Notes under the pieces: generated by a model
What the model was told of the DNA's origin: nothing
Database searches by the model: none
Seen by the model: only the letters and a program-made list of their open reading frames with translations
Position numbers and translations under genes: made by a program
Assembly: GCA_964016885.1 (NCBI GenBank)
Contig: OZ024751.1
Location: forward strand, 9,052,001 to 9,116,000
Reading direction: 5' to 3'
Length of the DNA: 64,000 nt
Source: Eledone cirrhosa
Lineage: Eukaryota
Shown here: positions 29,637 to 42,049 of the stretch, one piece after another
Numbering within the stretch: position 1 is the stretch's first letter
Layout of the letters: each line of letters begins with the position of its first letter

Positions 29637-31414
29637 GAGAAAATCAAACTTAACCCCAAAGTGTTCTTTTCATTTGCTAAAAAACACAAGGTCACCGTCT
29701 CCACTGTTGGCCCTCTAGTTGATGAAAATGGCACACTCCAAGATAATGCCAAAACCATGGGTGAGATATTGCAGAAACAATACTGCTCTGTTTTCACCAA
29801 TCCTGATACGGCCGATCTGGGCTGTATCAATGAAGTTAATCTACAACACACTATATCAGACATAACGTTTGGCGCTCCTGATATCTTAGCGGCAATAATG
29901 AAATTAAACACGATTCAGCAGTACGCCCCGGCAGGTTCCCTGCTTGTGTCCTGAAGGTGGGTCGACACCAACCTGCATCTCTTCTTGCTGATCTGTGGAG
30001 GAACTCACTTTTTACTGGCTATATTCATGAAATGTTTCTGTCCCAGTCCGTTGTCCCAGTCTTCAAAGAGGGATATAAGTACCTTGCAATGAACTACCGT
30101 CCAATATCACTCACCTCTCATATTATCAAAATATTTGAGAGGGTGGTGAGATCACGAATAACCAACTTTCTTAAAAGCAAAGGCATTCTGAACTCCAATG
30201 GAAGGGATTGCCTAACACAGTTCCTGCATGACTTTGACGATGCTTTGAGAGCCTTGGGATTTCAGCAAGGCCTTTGACAGGGTTGATCATAAGTTTACTA
30301 CAACGGATCAAATGTTTCCTGACAGGCAGAAACCAGCATGTTGTAGTCGAAGAAGTGAAATAAAGACCTGCCAAAGTCAGCAGTGGCGTTCCACAAGGCA
30401 CTGAGTTGGGCCCACTTCTTTTCATCATCAATATTAATGACATTACTGACATCATCAAGCACACAAACGTAAGAATCTTCGCAGATTATTCCAAGCTCTA
30501 AAGAGTCATCAATGAGGTGGGTGACTGGACTTGTCTTCAGTCAGACCTACTGGCTGTTATCCAATGGGCAGAAAAGAATAATATGTTGTTGAATGAGCAT
30601 AAGTTTGAATTAATACGCTTTGGAAAAAAGAATGCCCTGAAACTACCATACTCTCTTCCTTAGGGTGAAACGGTAGTGGCACCCAATAATATCAGAGACC
30701 TGGGAGTAATTGTGGACAAAAACATAAGCTGGGCCACTCATATAAACAGCAAAGTTTATATGGCCCGCAGAATGTGTTCCTGGATTGTCAGAACTTTCCA
30801 GTTGAGAGATATCCACACTGTTATCCTTCACTTCTCCACTTTTGCCCGACACCACCTTGAATACTGTTCTCCACAATAGTCACACCACACGAAACAAAGT
30901 ATCATGAAAGTTGAAGCACCCCAAAGGTCAATTACAAAAAAGATAGATGGCATGACAGGTCTTGACTATTGGAGTCGATTAGAAAATCTCAACCTTATTT
31001 CTCTCCAACGTCGCCGTGAGCGCTACATTATCTGACAGATATGGAAAATATTCCATAAGCTTTGTCCAAATGATATTGGCATCACATTTAATGTACCCCC
31101 AAAGCTTGAGCCCCGTGCTATCCGCCCACGACAAAAATCTCACTCGCGTCTCATAACAACAATACAGCACAATTGCCTTGCTCTCCACATCAAAGCAGAC
31201 ACAGATCCCATCATGTTCAAGAAGTCTTTGGACAAATTCCTTCAAGAATTCCAGGATAAGCCACCTACACCCGGATATGCCTCCGTAAAAAATAACTCTC
31301 TGCTTGAGTGGGCCATAATGCCCAAACACTGATTTGTAAGACAACGCCAGGTGGTGCTATTAAGTTAGACATGGACTGGGCCAATACTGGCGAAACATAT
31401 CAAAGTTATCAAAG
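29637..31414 (+). mobile_element. CR1-like (Jockey group) LINE, 5'-truncated, degenerate RT
   Basis: [52 protein letters not shown] with stops and frameshifts; 3' tail ends TCAAAGTTATCAAAGT. Confidence 0.9.
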
Positions 31415-31510
31415 TATATGTATATATATACATATATATATATATATGTATATATATATACATATATATATATAAATATATATATATATACATATATATA
31501 TGTATATATG

Positions 31511-32198
31511 TATAAAGAATTAGTATATCTAGTAACATATATATACACAGATGCATACTTATGCTAGCAAATATATAGGTTTTGTCTTAGTAACTTTGTG
31601 GTTCAATGTATGGGGATGCAGAACAATAATATGAGAGACGTAAAATAAGAAAATTATAAAATTAACTTACTTACTCAAATTTCACTCCAACTAATTAGTT
31701 TCTGAAAGCGAATAAACATAGTTTACGAAGAAGCGTAAGGAAAAGACTTTCGTCATCAGGGAAGTCTATTCTCAGCTAAGTTTCCAGACAATACGTGGAC
31801 ACAGGGATCTTATACAAAACTAATTCAGTGGATGGAAAAAAGCAAAGCGTGGACTAAATTCTAAGCCATTGAAAAATCACTGCCTACTGCGTCGGTGGCA
31901 AATTCAAAAGAATCAGTCACGTGACATCGAGGTCAATCAGTGAAGAGTGGTTTGTTAAGAAGACTGCAGCCGGACCGTTACTATAGTAGCAGTGTTAGCC
32001 AATTTTTGCTCGACAAAATAATTTGGAGATAATTATAAAGAATTAGTATATCTACTAACATATATATACACAGATGCATACTTATGCTAGCAAATATATA
32101 GGTTTTGTCTTAGTAACTTTGTTGTTCAATGCATGGGGATGCAGAACAATAATATGAGAGACGTAAAATAAGAAAATTATAAAATTAACTTACTTACT
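31511..32198 (-). mobile_element. Partial-tandem non-coding HHR element (165-bp direct repeats, period 523 bp)
   Basis: 31511-31675 ~ 32034-32198; HHR at 31686-31762; TA tracts on both flanks. Confidence 0.75.
31686..31762 (-). ncRNA. Type I hammerhead motif
   Basis: TCC-CTGATGA-CGAAAG...CTTTCA-GAAACTAATTAGT-T-GGA: stem I TCC/GGA, palindromic stem III ACTAATTAGT, GUU triplet. Confidence 0.7.
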
Positions 32199-32236
32199 AA
32201 AATATGTATATATGTATATGTATATACATATATATG

Positions 32237-32272
<36 letters not shown>

Positions 32273-32306
32273 CATATATATGTTATATATGTATGTGTAT
32301 ATATAA

Positions 32307-32341
<35 letters not shown>

Positions 32342-32460
32342 TATAAATGGTTTGTGAATTTGTAATTATAAATGTATATACATATATATATGTATATATA
32401 TATGTATATGTATATACATATATAGGTATATATATGTATATATATATGTATATACATATG

Positions 32461-32562
<102 letters not shown>

Positions 32563-32775
32563 TATACATATATATATGTATATACATATATATGTATATA
32601 TATATGTATATACATATATATGTATATATATATATATATGAATATACATGTATATATATATGTATATATATATATATATGTACATATATATATGTATATA
32701 TATATTTATATATGTATATATATATGTATATATATACATGTACATATATATACATATATATATGTATATATATAT

Positions 32776-33803
32776 CATCTATATTAATGACATCACTGAC
32801 ATCATCAAACACAGCAACATTAAAATTTTCGCTGATGATTCCAAGCTCCAAAAGGTCATCAATGGCGTGGATGACCGGATAAGCCTTCAGTCAGACCTAC
32901 TGGCTGTTACCCAATGGGTAGAAAAGAACAACATGTTACTGAACGAAGACAAATTCGAATTGATCCACTTTGGAAAAGAGGATGCTCTGAAACTCCCGTA
33001 CTCCCTTCCCTCCGGGGAAACTCTCGTGGCATCTAACAACATCAGAGACTTGGGAGTAACCGTGGACAGCAACATAAGCTGGACCACGCATATAAGCAGC
33101 AAAGTTGACATGGCCCGCAGAATGTGTTCCTGGATCCTCAGAACCTTCCAGTCGAGAGATTCCCGCACCATTATCCTTCTCTTCTCTACTTTTGCCCGAC
33201 CACACCTTGAATACTGTTGTCCACTGTGGTCTCCCCACACGAAACAAAGTATCATGAAACTTGAAGCTCCTCAAAGGGCAATCACGAAAAAGATAGATGG
33301 CATGTCAGACCTTGACTACTGGGGTCGATTAGAAAACCTGAAACTTTACTCACTCCAACGTCGCCGTGAGCGTTATATTATCTGCATGATGTGGAAAATG
33401 TTCCATCATCACTGCCCAAATGATGTTGGCATCGCCTTCAAGATACACCCAAGGCTTGGGCCCCGTGCTATCCGTCCCATTCAAAAATCTAAATCGCAAC
33501 TCATAACAACAATACGGCACAATTATTTCACCTCAATCGGCCCTGCTCTCTTCAACATCACACCAGGACACGTCAAAACAGAAACTGACCACACAAAATT
33601 CAAGAAGTCTTTGGACAAATTCCTCCAAGAAATCCCGGACAAACCACCCACACCCGGATATGTCTCCTCAAACAGTAATTCTCTTCTCGAATGGGCCATG
33701 GTGCCCAAATCCTGAATTGAAAGACTTCGCCAGGTGGTGCTATTAAGTTAGACATGGCCTGGGCCAATACTGGCCAAAACATTTCAAAGTTATTCAAAGT
33801 TAT
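32776..33803 (+). mobile_element. CR1-like LINE, 5'-truncated, RT C-terminal frame still open to 33715
   Basis: [41 protein letters not shown]; same family and 3' tail as 29637-31414; embedded in (TA)n. Confidence 0.92.
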
Positions 33804-33864
33804 TTATATATGTATATATATGTATATGTATCAGTATATGTATATATGTATGTGTATATATATA

Positions 33865-33940
<76 letters not shown>

Positions 33941-34303
33941 AATATATATCTATACATATATCTATATATATATATACATATATATATACATACATCGGCA
34001 GGATATAAATATATATATATACATATATACGTATATATATATATATATGAATATATATATATATATATTTATATAAATATATGTATATATAAATATATAT
34101 ATATATATACATATATATACATACATGCATATATATATATATATATATATGGATATACACAGAGGTATCCACTGTAAGTTGTGAGGTCTATTCTGTATGA
34201 AGAACTCAATGTAGGCTAAGATAAATCTCTAATGAATTATATCTCTAATGACTTGATTTTTTATGTCATTGTTTTAACTTATATATATGTATATATATAT
34301 ATA

Positions 34304-34494
34304 TAATTGTTTCTACATTTGGCACAAGGCCAGCAATTACCCAGTACATTACTGGTACTTTATTTTATCGACCCTGTAATTATTAAAGTAAAAGTTAACC
34401 TCGGCCGGATTTGAACTCAGATCGAAAAGGGACGTAACTATGCTTGAAAGCATGGCGTCCGATTCTCTACCTATACTGCCAATCCATCGCCCTT
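34304..34494 (-). mobile_element. Full-length tRNA-derived SINE
   Basis: Reverse complement of the 14743-14926 family from head (GGGCGATGGATTGGCAG) to tail. Confidence 0.88.
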
Positions 34495-34541
34495 ATGTAT
34501 AAAATAATGTATATATATACATATATGCATATATATATGGA

Positions 34542-34572
<31 letters not shown>

Positions 34573-34594
34573 GTTTATATATAAATATACATAA

Positions 34595-34836
34595 CGGCGA
34601 TGAATTAGTTTTGCGAGGTTTTTGTTATGAAATCTTGTGTTGAAACAAATATTGTTCTACTAGGAGAGGGTCATATTTTTGTAATAATATTGCCAGAATT
34701 AATAACAGAACACACTCACTGTTTCGTTGGTTTTTCGCTTCTGTATCTTTTATATCATTTAATTTATTCGGTCCTCAATGTTTACCATTGACTGACCAAC
34801 GGTCAAAAATACAGATAAAATATAGACTCAAACACA
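34595..34836 (-). mobile_element. Copy of the 19115/42950 TA-anchored repeat family
   Basis: GGAGAGGGTCATATT...TAATAATATTGCCAGAATTAATAACAGAACACACTCACT shared. Confidence 0.75.
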
Positions 34837-35017
34837 TATATATATAGTCTAACAAAGTTCTTTCTTTGCACATCTCCAACATCGTCAGTGGTGCTATTAT
34901 GTTCCTCCTGTTGTATTATATATCTACGCCATCTTTTCTATGCCATATATACATATATATATACATATATATATATATACATACATGCATACATATATAT
35001 ATATATTTATATATAAA

Positions 35018-35048
<31 letters not shown>

Positions 35049-35661
35049 GTGTGTGTTACGTAATTCCAATGGAAAAGCAAAGGAAAAAAGAGAGCTCTAT
35101 GTATAGAACAGAGCTATTTATTTTGAGAGTGAACAACACAAAATATAACTACTTCATTACCAAAGGTTTCTGGATCGCAGATGATAATAATATATACGTA
35201 TGGATCCTTCGTCAGATAGAGATGTTATGGATAAAAAGTATGAGATGAAATTTAAATCTGTTAAATATTGTAAGTGAGGCTAGAAAAATAAGGGGATAAA
35301 AGTTTAAAAAATAAAAATATGGCACTATAGAAAAAGCCATATGTGTACATACATATACACGTACATACACACATTCAGATAATAGGAATATATATATAAA
35401 TATATGTATACATGCATACACATATATATATATACACAAAAATATATGTACACGGACATACATATATACATACGCATATATATAGATACACACACACACA
35501 CACACACACACATAAAACATATACATATACACACTCACATATATCACATATATATACACAAACATAGATATATACATATATATGTATATATGGCACAGAC
35601 ACATTACTCTGCGAAAACATAGATACGTACGCACACACACACACATATATATATATACATA

Positions 35662-35943
35662 TATATATAATTGTAGTTGTCTGTGTGCATGTCCTCATTT
35701 TTGCAAAGTCTATACAAATCCACATTTCTACTCTGATTGACTTCAAACTTGCATTTATATATTCCCTGTGGTCTAAAGATACTAACTGCAGCTATATTTT
35801 TCAATTTTCTGTTGTTAAAGGGGTGTTAGGCGCCGGTTATCGATCTCCATCGAGCCCTTATAATATTTGTCTGTATGTCTAGATGTCTGCATACCGACAT
35901 TCTGACGAACACGTCATTGCTGACGTATTATCTTCGCTACATT

Positions 35944-35977
<34 letters not shown>

Positions 35978-36201
35978 CACACATATATATATATATATAA
36001 CGAAGGAAATGTGGTAAGGAACCAGATGGACCATAACGCACCAAAGTACTCAATACGTAGGGTAGTAGAGTGGGTAATAGGAACGAGGAGGACCCCGACG
36101 GCTGAGCTCAAGCCGTTTCGACAGCTAATTCTGGACTAAAATTTTAGTCCAGAATTAGCCGTCGAAACGGCTTGAGCTCAGCCGTCGGAGTCCTACTCGT
36201 T

Positions 36202-36273
<72 letters not shown>

Positions 36274-36556
36274 TATACAACACATATACACATATATACA
36301 CATATACATTTATATATATAAAACTGATGTTATCTGTGTGTCTTCATTTTTGCAAAGTCTACACAAATCCATATTTCTACTCCGATTGACTTCAAACTTG
36401 CATTATATATATTCCTTGCGGTCTAAAGATATTAACAAACGCTTTTTTTTTTCAATTTTCTGTCGTTAAAGGGTGTTAGGCGCCGGTTAATCATCTCCGT
36501 CGCGCTCTTATAAGATCTGTCTGTATACCTGACGTATTATCTTCGCTACATTCACA
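35662..36556 (+). mobile_element. Two diverged Helitron-like 5' fragments (35662-35945, 36310-36556)
   Basis: TATATATAAAACTGATGTTATCTGTGTGTC start resembles the 5' end at 38377; both share CATTTTTGCAAAGTCTA...GATTGACTTCAAACTTGCA. Confidence 0.55.
35998..36205 (-). mobile_element. Spacerless fold-back (128-bp palindrome 36078-36205) with the 3' half of an HHR
   Basis: Arms of 64 bp with 3 mismatches; GAAACGGCT-TGAGCTC-AGCCGT-C forms stem III plus GUC; tail 36077-35998 runs into (TA)n. Confidence 0.75.
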
Positions 36557-37088
36557 CATAGACACACACACATACACACACACGTGCGCGCGCGCACACA
36601 CTCACATATATATATACATATATACTTATATATACATATATATACACATATATACGAATACACACACATATATACACATATACATATAAATATATATATA
36701 TACGAGGGTGTTAAAGTTTGCTTGAAGCATTGTGAAATATGTAAAATATCTAGTTTAGAAAGCCACAACAATGCAGATGGGAAATCTCGAGGTTAAAAGT
36801 GAGTGAGAAATAGTGAGCCCGAAATATTGGGATTAAATCTCCACTACGGTAACCCTTCTACCTTTGTTTTGTTTTCCTTTTTCGTTTCTCTCAATTTTCA
36901 CTTTTCTCCTATTTCTCACTCACTTCTTACCTCGAGATTTCCCATATGCATTGTTGTGGCTTTCTAAACTACATATTTTATATATATATACATATACAAA
37001 CACTTATACACATATATAGATATACACATGTACACATATAAATATACACATAAAAATATATGTATATACACACACACACATATATCTA

Positions 37089-37136
<48 letters not shown>

Positions 37137-37139
<3 letters not shown>

Positions 37140-37746
37140 TGGCTGCCAACTCGTTTTCGAGTACGGCCACTACTTTATATCCATGTAGGAGAACTCCTAC
37201 CGATGCGCTGAACGAGTGTGACTTTTTAGTCCAGCCAGCGACTTGAAAACTCTGGTACAAACACTACACTTGTGACAATTATTGACACATAGTGCTGGGC
37301 CCATGGTACCATGTAACGACAAGTGCAGACAGATCTCCAGATATAAAGCAATGCCTGTGCCGTGAAGCTTTTATAGTGAGCAAAGGCACAGCACAAAGCC
37401 AGTCCCACTCTCTTAACCAAGATGATATTTACCAAAAAGAAGAACAAGTCAACATCATTGGATACCACCAGAGTTGCAGGTGTTATATCAGAGTTTTCCT
37501 TCTCCTAGAATTCTGCCTTGACAAAGGTAAAGGGGTCATCTCTCCCGGTGATTTTGGATGGCTATTGGATCTTAAGAGCTCCTTTGCCCTTTGACAGGTT
37601 TTGTTTTTAGTCCTGCAGGATGTCCAAAGTCACCCTCCTCACCATGAAACCTTGGTGGGGTTGCCGGTTTAGTCGCCAACGACCCGACCATGAGACAGGT
37701 TGTACTGGGTTACATGTTACCAGTAGCACCAACTGGTGACCTGACA
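37137..37746 (-). mobile_element. 610-bp bipartite non-autonomous RTE derivative
   Basis: 5' part similar to the RTE leader at ~20700-20928; 3' part encodes [23 protein letters not shown] and a CTCG-AAAA-CGAG hairpin; near-identical copy at 60617-61226. Confidence 0.85.
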
Positions 37747-37849
37747 TATATATATATACATACATACATACACACATATATATATATATATATGCATACA
37801 TACACACACACGCACACACACACATATATATATATCGTTTTAATATAGA

Positions 37850-38377
37850 CTAGCAGTAAAGCCCGGCGTTGCTCGGGGTCGCTCAGTAGCTGTGTTAAAG
37901 TTACAATGTTAAGTTTCTTTTTTGGCTTAAAAACTGTAATGTCTACTGTGCAGACTTGCATGTGGTGTTTTTGATTAATATTCCCTCAACCAACAATATG
38001 CCTTATGAAGTTAAGAAAACATAACGATAACCCGAATGTTATAACAAAATAGGATGCTGGGGATAAAAACTGCACTGGTTATTTATTAACAAAGATCGAA
38101 AATATAAACACTGCAACGCAGAGAAAAACAACGTAAGACGCTCAATGTAAACAGAACAAAGGGAAATAACTGATAACTTACGCTCAAAAATCGATACATT
38201 ATATTCGATTTCGTCACATAGGGTGGGTCAATTTGAAATTTTTTTTTTTCCGATGTCTTCGCTAGGGCTCAATGTACAAGTATAGCCAGTTCGGTGCAAT
38301 TCCGTGAGAGATTCTAAGAGAAGATGTGTGCCAAAAATCGATAGACAGACAGACAACCACAGTTTTATATATATAGA
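37850..38377 (-). mobile_element. Non-autonomous Helitron
   Basis: Minus strand starts A|TCTATATATATAAAAC and ends with the CCCGAGCAACGCCGGG hairpin, then CTAG|T. Confidence 0.82.
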
Positions 38378-38379
38378 TG

Positions 38380-38430
38380 AGATTCTACAGGACTAGAACT
38401 GTTTCATTCTTTAGAAATCATCAGGAATCT
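38380..38430 (-). ncRNA. Type I hammerhead motif
   Basis: AGATTC-CTGATGA-TTTCTAAAGAAT-GAAACAG-TTCTAGTC-CTGT-A-GAATCT. Confidence 0.75.
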
Positions 38431-38866
38431 GGCTGTTCAAATTAAATATTGTGGTATTTATATCTGTTCTGGTGGTAGGAGAGGGTGGGGTGTGGGATGG
38501 TTGGAGGTCATTGGTTGAAAGAAAAGCGAATTTATTAAAAGCTAATTCTTTCAGGCTATAATTTATATTTAGAGTGACAAAGGCACAAAGAATTTTATAA
38601 AGAAGTTCAAATTGGGGTGCCACTTCTTATTTTTAAGTTTCTCTTAAGCCAACAATGCCTATATTTCAGGTGTCTATAAGATGGTTGGGGATCGATCATG
38701 GTTGATGGAATTAAAGAAAAGGGAAATTCTTTAAAAGCTAATTCTTTAAAGCTCTACTTAGAGTGACAAAGGCCAAGAGAATTCTATAGACCAGTTCAAA
38801 TATTGGGTGCCTATCATTATTGTCATGTTTCTCTTAAGCTATATTTCAGGTGTCAACAGATACATT

Positions 38867-38937
<71 letters not shown>

Positions 38938-39058
38938 CACATATACAAACATATACAAACACATCTACACAATGACCTCAACCCATCCAACACCCCACCC
39001 TCTCTTACCACCAGAAAAGATATACATAACACAACACACAACATTTATTTTGGACAGC

Positions 39059-39111
39059 CAGATTCCTGATGATTTATAAAGAATGAAACAGTTCTAGTCC
39101 TGTAGAATCTG
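39059..39111 (+). ncRNA. Type I hammerhead motif
   Basis: Stem I CAGATTC/GAATCTG (7 bp), core CTGATGA..GAAA, stem III ACAG/CTGT, GUA triplet; stem II has a mismatch. Confidence 0.72.
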
Positions 39112-39194
39112 ATCTATATTAAAACTTTCATACTCTGCTATGTATTGAGTACCTTACTTACTGTGATTACCTCCGATTCAACCCGGAATAACTT

Positions 39195-39259
<65 letters not shown>

Positions 39260-39294
39260 CACAGATACATTGCAGGTTTCTTTAACGCGTCTTT

Positions 39295-40559
39295 TATTAT
39301 TTAAAAAACTTTAAGCAATAATCATTAAACGCTGAGGCCCTGGAAATCCTCTACGACAAAGACCACATCTTAAATAAAAAATCTGAGGCATTTTCGGCTT
39401 GTAAACATAAATTGTTCAAAACTTTCCTGTATTACAGCCCCACATTATACCCTAACGGATAGTACGAACTATACGTGGATATTATACGTCTTGATGTGGT
39501 AGCTAAGTATATGTTATGTTTATACCACTACTTATTTGTATAGGTAAGTATATATTACCTGTATGTTTTGTGAAGGTACGTATACTTCCTCGTACGTATA
39601 TTTGATTGTATATGTTATGGCGTATATATTATATATTCTGATACATATGCTTTTGGTTATGCGTATACGTGAGTTTTGCATTTGTGTGAGAATGCGGGTT
39701 CGTACGTATGTAGGGTGTGTGTATATGTGTGCTTTGTGTTTTGTTTGACGTATGTCTCCGAACATATGTGTATTTACATGTAGGTATGTGTGTGCGCTTG
39801 TTATATACGCATTTATTTATTTATATACGTTTATTTAATTATATGTATACACGCACACACACACACATATATATATATGTTTTTTTATATATATATTTTT
39901 ATGTGTACTTGGTGCATACATTCGTATGCGTGCGGGTACAGGCGTTGCGTGGGTTCTGTAAGTGCGTGCGGGGTTTTTTGTGTACGTTCGTGTATTTGTA
40001 TACCTATGGCGAGTGTTTTCGCGTATGCTTGTGTATGTACGTTTATGGATGCGTGTATGTATTTATTGAATTTGAATTACCTCTGTATTTTATTTACTTT
40101 ATTCTTAACTCAGAAGCCGAGAATCATTCGGTTTCCTAGTTAGAATTCTTGTCTACTACTTCAGTTATACGATTTACGTGGTATTGTCTTTCCGTGCAAT
40201 TGTTCTCCCCGCTCCACATATGACGTATTTTCTTCGTTTTTTCCGTTCATTGCCAGAGAACGTCTCTATGAACCACCTAATAGAATATTAGTCCACGACT
40301 TCTTTTATACCATAAACGTGGTTTTGTCTTTGCGTGTAATTGATATTCACCGATCCAAATAATGACGTATTATATTCGTTTTTTCCCGTTCTTTACCAGG
40401 GAACGTTTCCACGAACCTAAGTATCGTGTTCCTATCTTCCTCCGGTTCAAACTTTTTTTTTTAAATATTCACTTCTGCGTTCACAGATTGACTTTGTTAG
40501 TTTCAGAAGATTCATTAAAGGTGAAAGCAGCGATGTTTTTCTTAAACTTTAATCTGCTA

Positions 40560-40565
<6 letters not shown>
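39295..40565 (+). mobile_element. 5'-truncated PLE: last codons of the endonuclease (39325-39462) plus long TG-rich 3'UTR
   Basis: 39325-39462 reads LNAEALEILYDKDHILNKKSEAFSACKHKLFKTF...*, aligning with the C-termini of 56340-58166 (LNLRTNLFSCCKHRLNSTF) and 62027-62383 (VNLKSEIIMTCRHQRRCTF). Confidence 0.75.
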
Positions 40566-40604
<39 letters not shown>

Positions 40605-40672
40605 TTATTTTAATTATATATATACACGCACGCGTATGTTTAAACATCATGCATTTCTACAGTATCTATCTA

Positions 40673-40708
<36 letters not shown>

Positions 40709-40714
40709 ATAAGA

Positions 40715-40851
40715 ACAGATTAAAGTTTAAGCAAAGAATCGCTGGTTTCAACATTAACGGGATCTTCTGAAACTAAAAGATTTAATCCGTGAACGCAGAA
40801 TTAAAACTTTCGAGAAACGTTGCAACCGTAGGAAAACAGGAAGACGATATT
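40715..40851 (-). mobile_element. Inverted fragment of the 40425-40560 PLE end
   Basis: Reverse-complement match; bracketed by 27-bp direct repeats 40635-40661 / 40851-40877. Confidence 0.7.
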
Positions 40852-40879
40852 ATGCTTAAACATCATGCATTTCTACATT

Positions 40880-41281
40880 ATTTTCACCAAACTTAAGACA
40901 TAGGTTACTTATGTACTCCGGGTGGTCATGAGCATTTTATTTTTCCAGATATTGATTATAGGGCCTCCCAGCAGATAACCCCCTTTAACCGCTTCCTTGG
41001 GGTCGACTGAAAACTACTGTGCAATGCAACAAAACGTAATAACTTCTGGAGTTCGCAACCGATTTTCACAAAACTTGACACATGGGCTACGTTTGTCCTA
41101 CAGATGAAGTCTCAGAATTGGCACATATTGAGGAGGGAAACCCTAGGGCCAAGAACGCCCTTTTGGAAAAAGCCGATGATTTTGTAAAAGTATAGATTAC
41201 GAAGCAGCACTGAAGTATTGACATAAATGGTATACACATCTGCTATTTAATACCCGAGCAACACCGGGTGCCTCTGGTAGT
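40880..41281 (+). mobile_element. Helitron-like 3' portion
   Basis: Ends CCCGAGCAACACCGGG hairpin + ...GGTAGT, like 37850-37877; internal ACCGATTTTCACAAAACTTG motif. Confidence 0.6.
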
Positions 41282-41315
41282 ATATATATAAATATACACA
41301 TGAAAATATATGTAT

Positions 41316-41366
<51 letters not shown>

Positions 41367-41449
41367 ACATACACACACACATATATATATATGCATACAT
41401 ACACATATATATATGTATCTGTATATATATATATGCTGGAAAACCCACT

Positions 41450-41735
41450 CCAACTCGCGGGGCTCACACCTGTGCCTGACCAGTTCAGCGCCTATAGTGG
41501 TGAGTAAGGCTGTAGCTCTGGGGCCGAGGACACCAGAAGTCGGCCAGGGGTTCGATGGCAAACATATCGGAGAGCGACCGGTATTTGAGGAGTTTGGCCT
41601 CCTCAGCCCGAGGTACAGCAGAAGCTGGATCAGTCGCAGACTGCACCAGATTGTGGCTGCAGAAAGTGTCGGTGCAAGTGGCATCCCAGACGAGTAGTTT
41701 TCCAACGCGGAACGGGAAGAAGGCCATAAGTCTCT
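41450..41735 (-). pseudogene. Restriction-like endonuclease fragment of a CRE-type non-LTR retrotransposon
   Basis: FPFRVGKLLVWDATCTDTF...AEEAKLLKYRSL matches the PD-(D/E)xK RLE C-terminal pattern (WDxT...AExxKxxKY). Confidence 0.72.
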
Positions 41736-42049
41736 TTAACCCGTCTTTTATTATTCAAAAAACCTCTTGCCAATAAACATTAACCCTTTGTGTGCCATTC
41801 ATATAAACTCTAGACCAACAAATACCAACTAAACGGAGCGTTTACAAGAACGATGGCGAATGAATCTTCGAGGTAAGCTGTTAGTTCACGCGGGATTCTC
41901 TGCTACACATTTTCGTAATTATACCGAACAACGTACTGCGGTCACTCCTTCCTCCAAAAGCCGTACAAAGGGGACATGTGCATCGGGTAGATGGATCGGG
42001 TGCAAATCTACACCAGGCCTACGTGAGAAATTAGCAAGGGTCTGCACCG

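Larger units (their letters stand above)
38371..39195 (+). mobile_element. Fold-back pLTR element with two HHR copies
   Basis: 38371-38512 inverted against 38970-39119; tail to 39195; spacer contains a diverged ~150-bp direct duplication and a TA tract. Confidence 0.8.

Noticed and set aside
32648-32775. N-terminal part of the 355-aa ORF
   Set aside because: Read-through of the upstream TA tract; LINE sequence starts ~32776
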